Source: an uncultured Ignavibacteria bacterium (GTDB taxonomy: Bacteria > Bacteroidota > Ignavibacteria > SZUA-365). Taken from it: DNA of 64,000 nucleotides. Below, in pieces: positions 17,101-28,700 of the stretch. The notes below the pieces were generated by a model, which did not search any database, was not told where the DNA came from, and saw only the letters and a program-made list of their open reading frames with translations. Numbering within the stretch: position 1 is the stretch's first letter; every line of letters begins with the position of its first letter. The translations under genes and the position numbers were made by a program. Location of the stretch: the NCBI GenBank assembly GCA_913061095.1, contig CAJXVM010000022.1, positions 7,845 to 71,844 of the forward strand, read 5' to 3'.

Positions 17101-20100
17101 GTTCTCGCCGAGTCCCGTCGATTTCGGCGCGGTGATGATCGGGAGTCCGGCGACGCGCACGGTGCGCGTCGGCAATACCGGCAGTGCCCCGCTGCGGATC
17201 ACCGGCGCGTTTCTGCAGGCGGGCGCTATCGGTATGAGCATCCTTTCCCCGCCGGCCTATCCGGTCACGGTGGGCGGCGGACAGTTCCAGGAATTCACGC
17301 TTCGCTTCGATCCGGCGTCGGTGCAGACCGTGCTGTCGAGCTTCTGTGTGACCGTCGAGGCGCCCTGTCCGGATACCCTGTGTGTAAACGTGAGCGGACG
17401 CGGGGCCTCCACCGGCGTCGGACTCACGCGCACGAGCATCGAGTATCAGCTCGATCCCTGCTCAGCGGACGAGCGCTGTGATTCGGTGCGCATTGTCAAC
17501 AACGCCGGTCAGAATGTGGAAATCCGCGATGTACGCATCGAACCGCCGGGCGGGTTCCGTATCGAGATGGCGCGCACGCCGCCCTTCACACTGAACAGCG
17601 GTGTGTCGGCGGATGTGCGCATCTGTGCGATCGGGGATTTCACCGGCAGCCGCACCGCCGGCCTGGTCGTCGAGAGCGACGATCCCAACACGCCGCTGCT
17701 TCGCATGCCGCTCACCGCGCGGCGGGATTCATCGGGCTTTGTCCTTGCGGAGGACAGCCTCGATTTCGGCGCCATTGCGGACTGCCAGATCGGCGTCTCG
17801 CGGCTGGTGACGCTGACAAACACCGGCACGCTGGCGGAGTTCATCGATACGCTGCGCGGCTCGGATGCCTTCCTCGTGACGACGAATCTGCCCGTCGCGG
17901 TGCAGGCCAGCGGACTGACACAGGTGCGCATCACCTTTGATCCCCCCGGCTACGGGGTGTTTACCGACACGCTGTATTTCACCAGCGCCCGCTGCGGCAT
18001 GCGTATGCCGATGATCGTGCGCGGCGCGTACCATGAGACCAATTATTCTGTTTCACCCGATCCGCTTGCGTTTGGTGACCTCGCAGTTGGCAGCAGCGAT
18101 ACGCGGAACCTGACGCTGGAGAATCTGCATCTCCCGAGCGTGCGCATCGCTGATGTGCGCATCGAGCCCGTGGGAACGGCCTTCGCCTCGTGGGGGGCGT
18201 ATCCGAAGACAGTCTCCGCCGGTAACGCCACTGATCTGCCAATTCTCTTTAATCCGCAGGTACCCGGTACGCACAGCGCCACGGCGTGCATCATCATCGA
18301 TTTGCCCTGCCGTGATACTATCTGTGTGGATCTGACAGGCGGCACTTCCGAGGCGCTGATCACGGCCGATCCCGACACGCTGCGCTTCGGCGACGTGGCG
18401 CAGTGTGCGGAACTGCGCGACACGGTGCTGATCCGAAACAACGGCAATGACCCCGTGACCCTGACCGCGGCACAGCTCAGCGGCGCGGATGCGGCACTGT
18501 TCCTTCTGGTCAATCCACTCACATCCCCCGTGACTCTTGCCGCGCAGGAGGGGCACGCATTCGTCGTGCAGACCGTCACCGTCACCGCACCGGCCGACGG
18601 TGCGAAGCAGGCGGAACTGCTGGTGGAAACAGATAACAGCTCGCAATCGGAATTGCGCATTCCTGTCGTCATGCAGCGGGTGACGCTGCAGATGCCTGAT
18701 GACGTTGTGGTGGACTTCGGTCCGGTGCTCGTCGGCGGTCAGTATCCCCGCACGCTGCAGTTCCTCAATGCCGGTTCTCAGCGCATCGATTTCCGTACGG
18801 CAGACCTTCCCATCGATCTGCAGCTCGACACGCCGCTCCCGCTCGTGGTTGATCCGGGTATGCGGGGCAGTATCGATATCGTCTTCGCACCCACGGCCGC
18901 CGGCGCATACCTCGACACGCTTATTCTCAGACACATCGGTCAGTGCGAGGCAGAATTTCGCATCATCATTCGCGCGAACGTGCGCGAAAGCATCAGCGCG
19001 GACAATCTGGATTTCGGCGTCGTGCCGAATTGCCGCTCATCCCGCACCGTGACCAGTATTCTGAACAGTCTCGATGAGGATGTGACGATTGCTGCCGTGC
19101 GCATTGAGGGATCGGATGCGTCATTCTTCCGCATACTTCAGCCGGCGGATTTTCCCGTTTCGATTGCATCCGGCAATACGCTCACGGTGGAGGCGGAACT
19201 GACGCCGGCTGTGCCATCCGCCCGCATCTACACAGCCGAGGCGGTGTTCACGATACCGTTCGGACAGGAGACGCGGGAATTCCGTATCCCGATGACCGGC
19301 GAGAGCAGCGACATCGCGCTGACGCCGGCCACCGCGACGGATTTCGGCGACATCACGATCGAGAGCGTGTCCATGCCGCTGACGCTGACCCTGCGCAACG
19401 AGCATCCGTTCCCGGTCCGGGTCACCGACATCTCCGCCAGTCCGCAGGAATTCGCTGTCGGGTCCGTCACCCCTCCGCTGCCGGCGGATGTGGCGCCCGG
19501 GGCAGCGCTTCTTGTTGACGTCACATTTGCGCCGACACAGGTGGGCGATGTCACCGGCGCGCTCACGCTCGTGTACAGCGAGCCCTGTGAGCAGACGAGC
19601 GACATCTTGCTCAGAGGACGCGGCGTCGATGACCGCCTGCGAACGGGACTGCGCATCGAAGCGCATGAGGGCCGCGTTGACGACATCATTGACGTGCCGA
19701 TTCTGCTGACCGGGAGTCTCGGTGGGGCCGACGTGCGATCCTGGCAGGGTGGCATCCGCTTCAACCGAACGATGCTCTATCCGCTCGAGCTGATCGGTGA
19801 GGGGACACTGTCCTCTGACATGTCTCTCGAAATGACATGGGACGGCGCTGAGGGCGTCCTGTCAATCTCCGGTTCCGGTGGAGCCCTGCAGGCCGGGGCC
19901 GGCGCACTTTCCATCGTGCGCTTCCAGGTGCTCGTCGGCGATGCGCTGAACACCGCCCTTCAGATCGATCCCGGTTTCGCGTTCACCAGCGGGCGCGCCA
20001 TGGTTGAATCCCGCACTGACGGCAGCTTCACACTCATTGATTTCTGTGACGCCGACGGCGTGCGGCTCGTGCGCCCGCAGCCCGTTGCAAAGCTGACCGC

Positions 20101-20353
20101 ACAGCGCCCCAATCCATTCAGCACGCGCACGGTTATCGAATACGATCTCACCGCCGATGGGCGAGTGCGCCTGTCGTTGTTCGACCGGATGGGACGTGAA
20201 ATCGCGGTCCTCGTTGACGAACCGCAGACGGCCGGCGCGCATCGCAGCGTTCTCGAGGGCGCTCGCCTCGCACCGGGCATCTATTTTATCGTCCTGCGCA
20301 GTCACGGTCACACCGCCGTGGAGAAAATCATGCGCCTCGACGAACGACGCTGA
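14102..20353 (+). CDS. Giant T9SS-secreted surface protein: YCF48/BNR-like beta-propeller, ~14 ASH/choice-of-anchor-D Ig-like domains, cohesin-like domain, T9SS CTD
   Basis: Signal peptide; T.D/NGG..W Asp-box-like repeats; repeated DFG.V...N.G...L.I units; C-terminal PNPF...T.I.Y...G.YF CTD. Confidence 0.85.
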   Translation: MRTVFRSTASLLIGLICSSVMFAQSTWEQQPTALPSNPTTFVQVGGLWGIAMTDTGTGFAAGYASVSNGFSGVLRKLPGNPTWFVLPASSFSGLAASHSLWSGVSAVGTHAWVCGSNGRLYRTTDNGTTWNAATTGMTGTNSLFDVFFKSQTEGMAVGDDGTMYYTSNGGANWTAQTLPGTVPATTRLYAVHSAGANWYVSGAAGTFMRGTPATSSTSWVDLSANLPALGDIEGVQFLDNLTGTVSGATVGGSAIYRTTNGGSSFTAIGSGLPTGQDYKTLHFFTSAHGWTGNSSGPLYETTNTGQNWNSRNTTTLPSQNLSGWLTRVDFPSAGIGYASGGAPGTSSLGWILRYDTPLVPDISSTPTSLDFGTVECDTTTTEQFTIENTGTANLTIASITFSAPEFTLASSLPTPIPPSGGATISVRWTPAQAGSIPPNTTMTIASNDPSNPTWTVDLSGTYNFGTFGIGTSYSFSDACVGDSSDVVVNVTVTGNLSPELISFQHVSGDDNVELSSPALGTTISGSTQLVFRFKPSSGGAMNGVYRLVYGNPSCPRSVDITFTGTAYNAALSLNPPIVDFGDVCAGEIKTLEVTVTNNGTTDGVISLRQFAGGKDAFPNMHPTPFGPIPPGQSRQYTVRFAPGTNDTGNIEGIYRLIVDPCKDTLMLTLRGRGVSPAVSFIPTTVLAIGPTGTGQIIDEPVQINNDGNSAVTITSITLNPPHPRLTLRNLPVLPLVLPAGQSTSVTVRFAPDRPEQITTKLCVHWSDPCADSSCLAVGATSGESPAIAVDTVHDVGIQRCATPLLDTLMVYNTGKGTLTLRGFSLGGANPAHFSVVSPSVPHAVNPGDSVAVVLSYDAPANGSSSAVLTIEHNDANAGLLTDVALTGERRTVRFAVEGDTTTAYVSCAHVGKTRTLSIRNQDPDPLEIRDISVIDGSDVFHVASTPLPASVPGGSALSFEVNFTPTGKGIFTGVLRITAGPCPDTYLVALRGEGNITELSFSPSPVDFGAVMIGSPATRTVRVGNTGSAPLRITGAFLQAGAIGMSILSPPAYPVTVGGGQFQEFTLRFDPASVQTVLSSFCVTVEAPCPDTLCVNVSGRGASTGVGLTRTSIEYQLDPCSADERCDSVRIVNNAGQNVEIRDVRIEPPGGFRIEMARTPPFTLNSGVSADVRICAIGDFTGSRTAGLVVESDDPNTPLLRMPLTARRDSSGFVLAEDSLDFGAIADCQIGVSRLVTLTNTGTLAEFIDTLRGSDAFLVTTNLPVAVQASGLTQVRITFDPPGYGVFTDTLYFTSARCGMRMPMIVRGAYHETNYSVSPDPLAFGDLAVGSSDTRNLTLENLHLPSVRIADVRIEPVGTAFASWGAYPKTVSAGNATDLPILFNPQVPGTHSATACIIIDLPCRDTICVDLTGGTSEALITADPDTLRFGDVAQCAELRDTVLIRNNGNDPVTLTAAQLSGADAALFLLVNPLTSPVTLAAQEGHAFVVQTVTVTAPADGAKQAELLVETDNSSQSELRIPVVMQRVTLQMPDDVVVDFGPVLVGGQYPRTLQFLNAGSQRIDFRTADLPIDLQLDTPLPLVVDPGMRGSIDIVFAPTAAGAYLDTLILRHIGQCEAEFRIIIRANVRESISADNLDFGVVPNCRSSRTVTSILNSLDEDVTIAAVRIEGSDASFFRILQPADFPVSIASGNTLTVEAELTPAVPSARIYTAEAVFTIPFGQETREFRIPMTGESSDIALTPATATDFGDITIESVSMPLTLTLRNEHPFPVRVTDISASPQEFAVGSVTPPLPADVAPGAALLVDVTFAPTQVGDVTGALTLVYSEPCEQTSDILLRGRGVDDRLRTGLRIEAHEGRVDDIIDVPILLTGSLGGADVRSWQGGIRFNRTMLYPLELIGEGTLSSDMSLEMTWDGAEGVLSISGSGGALQAGAGALSIVRFQVLVGDALNTALQIDPGFAFTSGRAMVESRTDGSFTLIDFCDADGVRLVRPQPVAKLTAQRPNPFSTRTVIEYDLTADGRVRLSLFDRMGREIAVLVDEPQTAGAHRSVLEGARLAPGIYFIVLRSHGHTAVEKIMRLDERR

Positions 20354-20360
20354 CAGAGCA

Positions 20361-20444
20361 TGCGGCCATCGACGCTGCTGCGGCCATCGACGCTGCTGCG
20401 GCCATCGACGCTGCTGCAGACACCGACGCTGCTGCAGACACCGA
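20361..20444. repeat. 18-bp tandem repeat (3 + ~2 variant units) right after the stop
   Basis: tgcggccatcgacgctgc x3 then tgcagacaccgacgctgc x1.7. Confidence 0.9.
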
Positions 20445-20568
20445 GGCCCTCGGAGGCGGATTCATCCCCTGCCGTCATGGTCCCGCATCGAAACGGAGAT
20501 CCTGAACGGCTTCCGTTCATATGTGAATTTTCTGTACATTTCGTTTTTCCAACCCGCACGGTTGAGTT

Positions 20569-22602
20569 ATGCAAGTATCAAAGCTGATCCTCCCTCTTCT
20601 CCTTCTGCTCCCGCTCTGGCACGCTGCGGCGCAGGATGAGGATCCGGATCCACGCGAGGTCATGCGTATCGGCATCTTCGCCGGACCACAGTTCAATTTC
20701 CACAGCGGCACGTATGACGCCCTCGATCAGGAGGCTGTCTGCGGAACCTGCACATTCGAAAACGGCGACGTCATGAAGTTCCGTTTCGAGGCGCTTGTGG
20801 AAATCCCCCTTTCACCGAAATTCATGCTCAGCGGCCGACTCGGCTACTACGACTTTTCCGGGCAGTTCGAGCGTGACAGTTATTATGTCGGGAAGGTGGC
20901 GCAGCAGAGTGGTCCGCCCGTGGACATGATAGTCGATCATACGTTCGACAACAGTCTCTCCTACCTTACGGTAACGCCCGGCGTGCTGTATTTCCCGATC
21001 GAGCAGCCCTTGCATCTGAATCTCGGCCTCGGACTGGCCTTCCCCCTGAGCAAGGAGTACACGCTTCGAGAGGTTCTTGTGCAGCCGGCGGATGTGCAAT
21101 TTGCCGACGGCACGCGCGATCACATCACGCGGGACGAGGAAATCCAGGAAATCAGCGGTTTCCGTCTTGCGCTCGATGCAGGGATCGGGTATGACATCCC
21201 GCTGACGCGCAATCTCCTGCTGACCCCCGCGCTGGCATACAGCCTGCCGCTGACAAATGTGACCGGCCGCGGGGACTGGACGGCGTCCGGACTCGCCGTC
21301 GGCGCGGGACTGCGATGGGCCATGCTTCCGCCGCTCAAGGAGGCTCCCCCGCCACCGCCGCCGCCGCCACCGCCGCCGCCACCGCCGCCGCCGGAGGAGA
21401 AGATTCTGCCGGTGACAGCATCGCTCAATGTCAGCGGTCTTGATACCGAGGGAGGCATCACACCGGCGGACGCCATTACCGTCGAGGAGATCCGCACGGT
21501 TGAGCGCTATCCTCTGCTGACGTATGTCTTCTTCTCTGAGGACGACGCGGATACTCCGCTGCGGCAGAACCTGCTCTCGGCACAGCAGGCCGCCGGCTTC
21601 ACGGTTGATGACGCAAAAGGACAGGAACTCGATATCTATCACAACATGCTCAACGTCATCGGACGCAGGCTGAAGGATACACCGAATGCCCGCATCACAC
21701 TGACCGGCACGAACGCCGACGTCGGTATGGAGGAGGGCGCCGTCGAGCTGTCCCGCACCCGTGCGCAGACAGTGAAGCAGTATTTCACCGATGTCTGGGG
21801 AATTGACGAAGGCCGCATTACCGTGCGTGCGCGCAATCTCCCCGTCGATCCTTCGGCCGTGGACGACGAACGCGGGCGCGAGGAAAACCGCCGTGTCGAA
21901 ATCACATCGACCAATGAAGATATCGTCGGACCGATTCGCCGTGATGAGCTGGAGTACAACGCCTCTCTCGCCGGCCTTGTCATCGAACCCGATGTCGATG
22001 CGCCGAACGGCATCGAACGCTGGTCGCTGGAGGTTGCGCAGAACGGACAGATGCTCTACGCGAAGGAGAACTCCCGCACCGCGCCGGCTGCGCGTTACAC
22101 CTGGGAATTCTCCGGTGACGTGTTCGCGCGGACCAATGCGCCGCTGAACATCAGCCTATCTGTCCGCGATGGCAAGGATCAGGAGGCCGCCGCGCAGGAG
22201 ACGATCCGCATGAACACGCTCACGCTCGAACGCAAGCGCGAGGAGCGCATCGGCGATGTACGCATCAACCGGAGCAAGCTGATCCTTTTCGACTTCGACA
22301 AGGCAACCGTATCCGACCGCAACCGCGCGATTATCGAGGAGGTCTCAGAGAGCATCACGCCGAATTCCAGCGTCTCCATCGTCGGCTACACCGATGCGCT
22401 AGGTGACCCCGAGTACAACGTGCGTCTTTCGCAGCAGCGCGCTGAATCCGTACGCCGCGCGTTCGGCCGCACGCTCAACGACGTGGAGGTCACGACACAG
22501 GGTGTCGGCAGCACGCAGCTCCTCTTCCCCAACGACACACCGGAAGGACGCTTCTACTGCCGCATGGTGCAGGTGATCATCGAAACACCCGTGACGGAAT
22601 AA
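20569..22602 (+). CDS. OmpA family protein: N-terminal OM beta-barrel, Pro16 linker, two OmpA-like peptidoglycan-binding domains
   Basis: LSRTRAQTVK...NRRVEI and FDFD...GYTDALG...N..LSQQRAESV; Pro16 at 21346-21393. Confidence 0.85.
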   Translation: MQVSKLILPLLLLLPLWHAAAQDEDPDPREVMRIGIFAGPQFNFHSGTYDALDQEAVCGTCTFENGDVMKFRFEALVEIPLSPKFMLSGRLGYYDFSGQFERDSYYVGKVAQQSGPPVDMIVDHTFDNSLSYLTVTPGVLYFPIEQPLHLNLGLGLAFPLSKEYTLREVLVQPADVQFADGTRDHITRDEEIQEISGFRLALDAGIGYDIPLTRNLLLTPALAYSLPLTNVTGRGDWTASGLAVGAGLRWAMLPPLKEAPPPPPPPPPPPPPPPPEEKILPVTASLNVSGLDTEGGITPADAITVEEIRTVERYPLLTYVFFSEDDADTPLRQNLLSAQQAAGFTVDDAKGQELDIYHNMLNVIGRRLKDTPNARITLTGTNADVGMEEGAVELSRTRAQTVKQYFTDVWGIDEGRITVRARNLPVDPSAVDDERGREENRRVEITSTNEDIVGPIRRDELEYNASLAGLVIEPDVDAPNGIERWSLEVAQNGQMLYAKENSRTAPAARYTWEFSGDVFARTNAPLNISLSVRDGKDQEAAAQETIRMNTLTLERKREERIGDVRINRSKLILFDFDKATVSDRNRAIIEEVSESITPNSSVSIVGYTDALGDPEYNVRLSQQRAESVRRAFGRTLNDVEVTTQGVGSTQLLFPNDTPEGRFYCRMVQVIIETPVTE

Positions 22603-22630
22603 TCCCGACGGCAGAAGCGCTGTCATCTTC

Positions 22631-22663
22631 GGGGCTGTTCTGAGATCCATTCAGGACAGCCCC
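22631..22663 (+). terminator. Hairpin after the ompA-like gene
   Basis: ggggctgttctga/tcaggacagcccc followed by attgtttt. Confidence 0.6.
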
Positions 22664-22750
22664 ATTGTTTACCGTCCGAATTGGGTTGAATGAACTGCAC
22701 TTTTTCTCTATTATGCGTCGTTGCACAAATCTATTCCGAGGAAACGTTGT

Positions 22751-25700
22751 ATGGCACGCCTCGTCCCTCCTGTATTATCCTTTCTATTCGTTCTGACCCT
22801 CATCGCTCCCTCGCATGCACAGACCGGCAAATGGCAGGAAATGAGCATGTCTGGCAAGGTCTCGCACATCCTCGACATGGATATGGCGGATGAAAACTTC
22901 GGCATCATGGTCACCGAGCCGGATATCGCAAATGATCTGTCCGGTATCATGTTCACCACGAACGCCTGGAACAGCTTCTCGGTTGTGACGGCAGATTCAC
23001 CGATTTTCGTACCGAGCCTGCCCGACTGGGCGCGTTTCCGGGCGGTCGACGTCCTGAACACCAACCGCGCCTACATCGTCGGCGACAGCGCGCTCGCATA
23101 TGAGACATGGGACGGCGGAAGGACGTGGCATCAGATGGTCGTGGAATGGGATACAACTCTGTACCAGACACCTCCGACGTTTCACGACGTGCATTTCATC
23201 CACGCGCTTGAGGGTATCATCGTTGGAGGCGACGGCTTCGAGGCAAATCAGACAGGAGGAGAATTCCATTTCGCCGACGTGTACGTCACAACGACAGCGG
23301 GATTCACATGGGACGAGATGAAGGTGCCCTCACAATACCTTCTCGCAGGGATCGGTGCCCTGCTTACCGTGGATTACGCTGGAGGGAAATATATCATGGG
23401 AGGGGAATACGGACTGCTGCTGGAATTTGACGGCGCGGGAAACTTCACACCGATATACCCGGTCAGCAAATCGCTCATCAGTAATTATTTCTTCACCGAT
23501 ATTTCCATGGCATCGGCGACGGATGTCTACATCGTCGGACAGAACGCGACATCGCAGGCACCGGTCGCGTACAAATCCATCCTCAACGGTTCGCGATATG
23601 TCAACATGGTACCCGGAAGTCTCCCGTTCGGCGTCGACGGCATGTGGCAGGTGGATTTCCTCACACCCGACCGAGGCATGATCGGTGCGGGGATGCATTA
23701 CATCGGTGTCACCGCCGACGGCGGCTACAATATCACGCCACACTCGGTCGGAATCAATCCTCCGCGGACACCTATGACCGCGCTGAAGATGGTCGGTCCG
23801 CAGAAAGGATTCGCCTGCGGCGGAGATACAGCCGCAAACGTCGGCTGGGTGATTGAATTTTTCGGCGTACCTCCCGAGGCCGATATCTCAACGACGGATA
23901 CGAAAATCACTTTCCCGACCATCAGCTGTGAGCGTTCCGTCGATGGAGGCATGTGGCTGCGCAGCAGCGGTTCCGGGGAGCTGCAGATAACCAAAAACGA
24001 CATCACGTTTTCACCGCCGGAATATGAGATCGTCAACGACCACATCTTCCCGCTCAACATGAGACCGGGTGTGGACATAGAGCTGATCGTGCGCTGGACA
24101 CCGTCACAGAGTTATTCCGGCACGCAGGTGGGAACGATGACCATCCGCAACAACGATCCGGACAACAACCCATGGACGGTGCAGCTTGAGGGGACGCGCA
24201 ACCATGGGTCGCTGGATTTCCTCAGTGAAATGTTCCTCTCCTACGGCACCTGCCTGAAGGATACAATGGAATACCAGATCCCGGTAATGGCCACGGGCAA
24301 TCAGGATCCGCAATTCATCGGGATGGAATTCGTTTCGGGTGATGATGACTTCGACCTCCTCGAGCCGGCGCCCGGAACGCTGGTGCAGGGAGCGGAGACA
24401 TTCACGTTCATCTTTGCGCCGCAGGATAGTGCGCTGCGCCGCGGTGTGTATCGCTTCATTCACGGAGATCCGTCATGTCCCGACACCACAAACGTGGCGC
24501 TCAGTGGGATCGGCCATCTCTCCGTCATCGCCGCATCATCCGATACCATCGATTTCGGGGAGATCTGCCACGGCGAGGTGAAGGACACAACCATTACACT
24601 GCAGAATTTCGGAAACACTTTCGCTTCCGTCTCGGGATTGGAGCGATCAAGCGGCGACCCGGGATTCTCGACGACGATATACGGCATGATCCTTCGACAG
24701 GACAGCAGTAAAACCTACACGCTTCGCTTCAACCCACTCAGTGCCGGAGACTTCGAGGGCACTTACGTCCTTCGTTACGGTCCGTGCCAGGACTCGCTCG
24801 TGTTCCACTTCACGGGCAAAGCACTCGAAACAACCGTTGAGTTCGATCCGAAGAGCCCGGTGCGCATCGGACCGATATTCGCAAACCGCACGGCCGGACA
24901 GACGATCACGATCACCAATTCCGGTGATACGCCGGCGCGTCTGACGTCGCTTGGCTTCAGCAAGCTGCTGCCGCCGCTGCAGATCGTCAATCGTCCCGCA
25001 CTGCCCATGACGCTTCTGCCGAGTCAGAGTACATCTGTGACGCTGCGCTTCGCGCCCGTCGACATCGGTGAGTACAATACATCGATCCTGTTGGAATGGG
25101 ATGCCCGCTGTCCCGACAGCGCCGAAGTGGAAATCAACGCCATCTGCATTCCCAATCCACAGATCGATCCCCCCGCTTCGGCGGATCTGGGAACACAGCG
25201 CTGTCCCACCCCGTTGCGAGATACGGTCATAATCCGCAACAGGGGAAACGGTCCGCTGGTCTTCTACAGCATATCCGTCAGCGGTCCCGACCGCGATCAT
25301 TTCCGCGTGATCTCACCGGTCATTGACGACACTGCCGCACCGGCGAGCGATTTTCCGATGATTGTCGAATTTGACCGTGACACGGAAGGACGCAGTCACG
25401 CCATCGTGCGACTGACGCACAATGACAAGGATGCCGGGCTCACCGACATCGACGTGACGGCCAACCGGACGATCGCGGAATACATTGTCGAGGGGGATTC
25501 CACGACGGCGTTCTTCACACGCCTGTTCGTAGCGGAGAACCGTTCATTCGTGATCCGGAACAACAGTAACGAGGATGTGACGATCACGGATCTTACCGTG
25601 GTGAACGACGCCTCCGTATTCAGCGTGCAGCCGCTGCAGCCGCTGCCTGTACTGCTGAAACCGAATCAAACACTTGGTTTTGATGTCACATTCACACCGA

Positions 25701-28700
25701 ACGCGCGCGGTCCCTTCCGCGGCATCGTGCAGATTATCAGTGATCCGTGCGATCTTCATTACGCGCTCGGGATCGACGGCACAGGCGACACTGACGGACT
25801 CAGTCCCGACCGGGGTGACATCACCTTCGCATTGGATCCATGCACATTCACGCCGGCCTGCGAACCCATCGTCCTGAAGAACCAGGGACTTGAACCCGTG
25901 GAAGTCACCGGCCTGAGCATCACGCCGGGAAGCAGCGTCTTCACGCTTGATCCCCCGGTGATAACGCCGTTTTCCATGAATCCGAACGAGGAGCGCACGA
26001 TCCGCGTTTGCGCATCGCCGTCACTGCTGGGCACTGAAAACGCATCCCTGGTGATTACGAGTGATGATCCCGCGTATCCGAGTCTTTCGGTCGCCCTGCA
26101 TGCGTCACGCGATTCCATCGGCTTTGCGCTGTCGACCCAGGATGTCGATTTCGGGCAGCTGGCGGACTGCGACGACGTTCAGCCGCAGAATGTCATCGTG
26201 ACCAACACCGGCACGGGCGCGGAAACGCTGGACATTTCTTTTGCAGACGGCACGGCGTTCTCCGCGACCGCCACGGGCAGCATTACAATTCCGCCCGGCA
26301 AGAACAGCGGCTTCTTTGTGGAGTTTACGCGACCGGGTTATGGCGTGTTTAACGATGTGCTGATCCTGACGTCACAGACCTGCGGCACGGAATACCGCAT
26401 CACGCTTCATGCCGAAGCCGTGGAGCAGATCTATACGGCCGCGCCTGATCCGCTTACCTTCCCGACGGTCAACGTCGGAGGGGCGAGCACACGTACATTC
26501 AGCCTTCAGAACGCAGGCGGCCTCGATGCCGTCATCGCATCAGTCGACATTGTTCCAACCGGAACGTTTTCACTGCAGTCCGGCTGGCCGTCGCAGATTG
26601 ACGCGGGCAGCGGCGGCAGCTTCGACATCCGCTTCAATCCGCAGTCAGAAGGCACGTTTACCGCAACGGCCTGTGTGATCATCACTGCACCCTGTCCGGA
26701 TACGGTGTGTATCGAGCTCAGCGGTGACGGTGTCCAGGGCACGCTCGAGGTGCAGCCTCCACTCCTCAGCTTCGGGACGCGAGCCCAGTGCCAGATGCTG
26801 ACACTGTACGACACCCTGTCGAATACAGGCACTGGACCGATCACTATTCTCTCGGCCGACATCACCGGAACGAACGCACCTGCGTTTACCAACCTGACGC
26901 CGGTCACGAATGATGAAACCATCGATGCCGGAAACAGCCGGATATTCGAAATCCGATTCGATCCCGCTATCGCTACCGGGGACGGTCCGGTCATCGCTGC
27001 ACTGACGATCAACACCGACGACATCGTACTCCCCACGTTCGACATCCCCCTGGAGGCGACACGTGTCACACTGCTGCCAGCCGCCGGCGGCACTATCGAT
27101 TTCGGCCCGGTGGAAGTCGGCAATCCCGAATCCCGCACGGTTACCTTCCGCAACGACGGCAGTGTACCGCTGTGCTATACGACAGCAAGCCTTCCCACTG
27201 GTATCACGATGACTCCCACACCCCCGTTCTGTATTGATCCCGGCACGACGGAAGACGTCACGCTCACCTATACAGCCACTGCAGCAGGGAGCTTCGGTGA
27301 TATGGCCGCGCTGTATGTCGAGTCTCCGTGCGCGGATTCGACGCGCTTCCTGCTGCGTGCAGACGCGCAGGAGGGCACACTGACACAGCCGGATACACTG
27401 GATCTTGGCACCCTCGCGTGGTGTGACGCGCAGACGGTGGATTTCAGCATCGTGAGCAGTTATCTGCAGGACATCATGATCGAGTCGATGCGCATGGAGG
27501 GTCCCGACGCGTCCTTCTTCAGCATCACATTCCCGGATCCCTCCTCGCTCCCGGCCGTTCTCGGCGCCGGCAGCTCACAGGATGTGAGCATTCAGTTTAC
27601 GCCGGACGAGCAGACACGGCGCTTTACCGCGACATTTATCTCTGCATTCACCGCGTTCGGCAGCTCGATCGAACGGCGCACCGTCATCATTGCCAACGTG
27701 ATCGTTCCCGCCCTGATTGTCGGGAACGCCACGTTCCCCACCACGGTCATCGGGCAGTCCGGCGGCACACAGACGATTCAGGTTGAAAACACGAGCGGGA
27801 TTCCCGTTTCCGTGAGCAGCATTACTGCGTCGCTTCCTGATTTCGTCATCAACACCATGACCCCCGCTCCACCCGCGACCCTGCAGCCGGGACAGACGAT
27901 CGACGTCGTGGTGGAATTCCTGCCGACGACAGCAGGGACACTGTCAGCAGACCTGCTGGTCAGCTCCGATGCTCCCTGCCCGTTCAGCATCACCGGCATC
28001 CTCGAGGGCGAGGCCATCCCGCAGCCGATCGTGGACGTGACTCTCAGCGTTGCGGATATCCAGGCCGAGGTCGACCAGACGGTCGATATCGCGGTGCTGG
28101 TGGACCAGGATCTCGGTCCGGCAGAAGTCACACAGTGGTCCGGCAGCCTGAGCTTCAACCGCACGATGCTCTATCCGACGGAAGTCATGACAGAAGCCAC
28201 GCTTTCATCCGCCATGACCGTTGATATGCAGTACGACAACGCTACCGGAACCGTTTCTCTCGAGGGCAGCGGTGCCCGTGTTTCCGGCAGCAGTGACGTC
28301 CTTGTGATCGTGCGCTGCCTGGTACTCGTTGGAAACGACCTTACAACACCGATTACGATTTCCGAAGATTTCTCATTCGATGATGGGTACGCGCGTGTGG
28401 TATCTCGGCAGAACGGCAGTTTCGACCTTGTCAACTACTGTCTGCCGGGCGACCGGCTCGTAAGCGAGCGTCCGGGCTTCGTGCTCGATCAGAATCGCCC
28501 GAATCCCGTCTCGCAGGGCAGGCGTCCACTGACGACGATTTCCTATGCACTTCCCGAGGAGACCGCCGTGACGCTCGACCTCTATGACATGATCGGCCGT
28601 CACGTTCGCCGTATCGATGAGGGCGTCCGTCCCGCGGGACTGCACACGGTAAACCTCTCGGTCAGCGGTATCGAGCCCGGCTCCTACGTGTACGTGCTGC

